DNA of 64,000 bases, taken from positions 5,185 to 69,184 of the forward strand of contig JBCDIS010000006.1 of NCBI GenBank assembly GCA_038748685.1, read 5' to 3'. Made by a program: the position numbers and the translations under genes. The stretch comes from Acidobacteriota bacterium (GTDB lineage Bacteria > Acidobacteriota > Thermoanaerobaculia > Multivoradales > J023). The notes below the pieces were generated by a model. The model had not been told where the DNA came from. It searched no databases and saw nothing but the letters and a program-made list of their open reading frames with translations. Below are positions 62,687-64,000 of the stretch, piece after piece. Each line of letters starts with the position of its first letter. Within the stretch, counting starts at the first letter, position 1.

Positions 62687-63196
62687 TCAACCGATCTCGA
62701 AGAGGGGGTCGCCACCCTCGACGTTCTGGCCTTCGGAAACGAAGAGCCGCTTCACGGTGCCGGCGGTTTCGGCGTGGATCTCGTTTTTCATCTTCATCGC
62801 TTCGAGCACGACCACGCCCTGCCCCCGCTCGACTTCGTCCCCTTCTCCCACCAGAATCTCGACCACCCGACCGGGCATCAGGGCCTCCGCCCGCCCGGCG
62901 TCGGCGGAGGGGCCTTGGGTTTGTTCGAGCATGTGGGTCAGGGGGTCCATGATCTCGACGGTGTCGACGCCCCGTAGGCTCGTCACCCGATAGGTGCTGC
63001 TGGCGTTGCTCTTGAGCCGCCGGACCCCCACCTCGAACTGGCGGCCGTCCGCCACCCGCAGGGACATCGAGGAACTGGCGTTGGCGACGTCCACCTCGTA
63101 GGTGGAATCGTCGACGACGACGAGGTATCCACCGTCGTCCCCGCGCTCCAGACGAATCTTGGCTTCCCGGTCCCCGAGACGTGCGATCAGGTCCAT
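62687..63196 (-). CDS. Biotin carboxyl carrier protein
   Basis: A.MPG.V, EAMKM biotinylation motif, GQ.V..G..L. Confidence 0.92.
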   Translation of the reverse strand: MDLIARLGDREAKIRLERGDDGGYLVVVDDSTYEVDVANASSSMSLRVADGRQFEVGVRRLKSNASSTYRVTSLRGVDTVEIMDPLTHMLEQTQGPSADAGRAEALMPGRVVEILVGEGDEVERGQGVVVLEAMKMKNEIHAETAGTVKRLFVSEGQNVEGGDPLFEIG

Positions 63197-63239
63197 GGCG
63201 CCCTCCGGGCTGGATCTTCTGAGACGTTCAGGCCGCGGA

Positions 63240-64000
63240 TCATTGGCCGACCCCTTCACGGCGCGCCGCGGCGCGCCACTGGCTGCGGTGACCGTGCCCG
63301 GTCCCCTGGTGGGCGGGCACCGAGGCTACCTTGGCCTGCCGTTCGGCGTGTGCGATGGCGGCGGCGACGAGGGCGAGGTCGCCCTCCGGGCCTTCTTCGA
63401 GGGCCCAGGTGCCGTCCCCTAGCTTACGTTCGAGCATCTTGATGTCGACGCGCCCGGCGCGGAAGTCCTCGTCGTCCAGAATCGTCAAGAAGAGGGGCGT
63501 CGAGGTGGCGATGCCCTCGAGGCGCATCTCCCGCAGGGCGCGGCCGAGCCGCATCATGGCCTCTTCGCGGTCGGCCCCCCAGGCCATCAGCTTGGCGATC
63601 ATCGGATCGTAGTAGATCGGAATCTCGGCCCCCTCGTAGACACCGGCGTCCACCCGGATGCCGGGGCCGTCGGGCCAGCGGAGGGCTTCGATGCGGCCCG
63701 GGGACGGCGCGAAGCCGCGGAACGGATCCTCGGCGTAGAGCCGGACCTCAATGGCGTGGCCGTGGGGCTCGACATGGTCGAGCTCGTCCCCGAGGTGCCC
63801 CCCCTGGGCGACCCTCAGCTGGGTGCGGACGAGGTCCAGCCCGGTGATGAGCTCGGTCACCGGATGCTCCACCTGGAGGCGCGTGTTCATCTCCAGGAAG
63901 AAGAAATTCCGGTGCTTGTCCACCAGGAATTCCACCGTCCCGGCGTTGGTGTAGCCCACCGCCTCGGCGGCCCGGATCGCTGCGTCCCCCATGCGTCGCC
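63240..64000 (-). CDS. Acyl-CoA carboxylase biotin carboxylase subunit (5' truncated by the window edge)
   Basis: GTVEF, EMNTRLQVEHPVTE, HAIEVRLYAED, YYDPMIAKL. Confidence 0.93.
   Translation of the reverse strand, partial: RRMGDAAIRAAEAVGYTNAGTVEFLVDKHRNFFFLEMNTRLQVEHPVTELITGLDLVRTQLRVAQGGHLGDELDHVEPHGHAIEVRLYAEDPFRGFAPSPGRIEALRWPDGPGIRVDAGVYEGAEIPIYYDPMIAKLMAWGADREEAMMRLGRALREMRLEGIATSTPLFLTILDDEDFRAGRVDIKMLERKLGDGTWALEEGPEGDLALVAAAIAHAERQAKVASVPAHQGTGHGHRSQWRAAARREGVGQ

Overview
High-GC bacterial chromosomal window that spans the replication origin. The gene content and arrangement are compatible with Acidobacteriota or Myxococcota-like bacteria (inference only). Left arm: PAS hybrid histidine kinase, a complete Rrf2-sufBCDSU-SufT operon, and an MccA/CysK-like PLP enzyme. 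A long minus-strand tract follows: dnaA, oriC, dnaN, recF, gyrB, gyrA, fsa/tal, CPBP protease, M20 peptidase, CYTH, NDP-sugar synthase, thioesterase, thrB, a DUF2339/DUF3999-like pair, MFS, ACP, fatty acyl-AMP ligase and FAD monooxygenase; a plus-strand radical SAM gene interrupts it. An ~8 kb block separates dnaA from rpmH: mutY, ppa, a tandem cNMP-binding protein, a P-loop kinase, recR-ybaB-dnaX, SRP RNA, tadA and two tRNA-Ser. Then come rpmH-rnpA-yidD-yidC-jag, parS, rsmG-parA-parB-bactofilin (no mnmE/mnmG), two tandem lepB genes, comEA plus a FimT-like pilin, cutA, an SSS transporter, a SMUG1-type UDG and an acyl-CoA carboxylase/type III PKS/methyltransferase operon. Most notable: (1) an ftp/srs-like phenolic-lipid pathway apparently split into two halves ~48 kb apart on either side of oriC; (2) a decayed, mostly synonymously diverged copy of the cNMP gene 3' end that brackets ppa; (3) a kinase plus tandem-cNMP pair appended to the dnaX-recR operon; (4) a lepB-lepB-pilin-like-pseudo-phosphodiesterase operon facing a putative sigma54/IHF-driven comEA-pilin unit. 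No CRISPR array, rRNA, transposase or integrase was seen. All product calls come from motif recognition by eye; no database searches were run.
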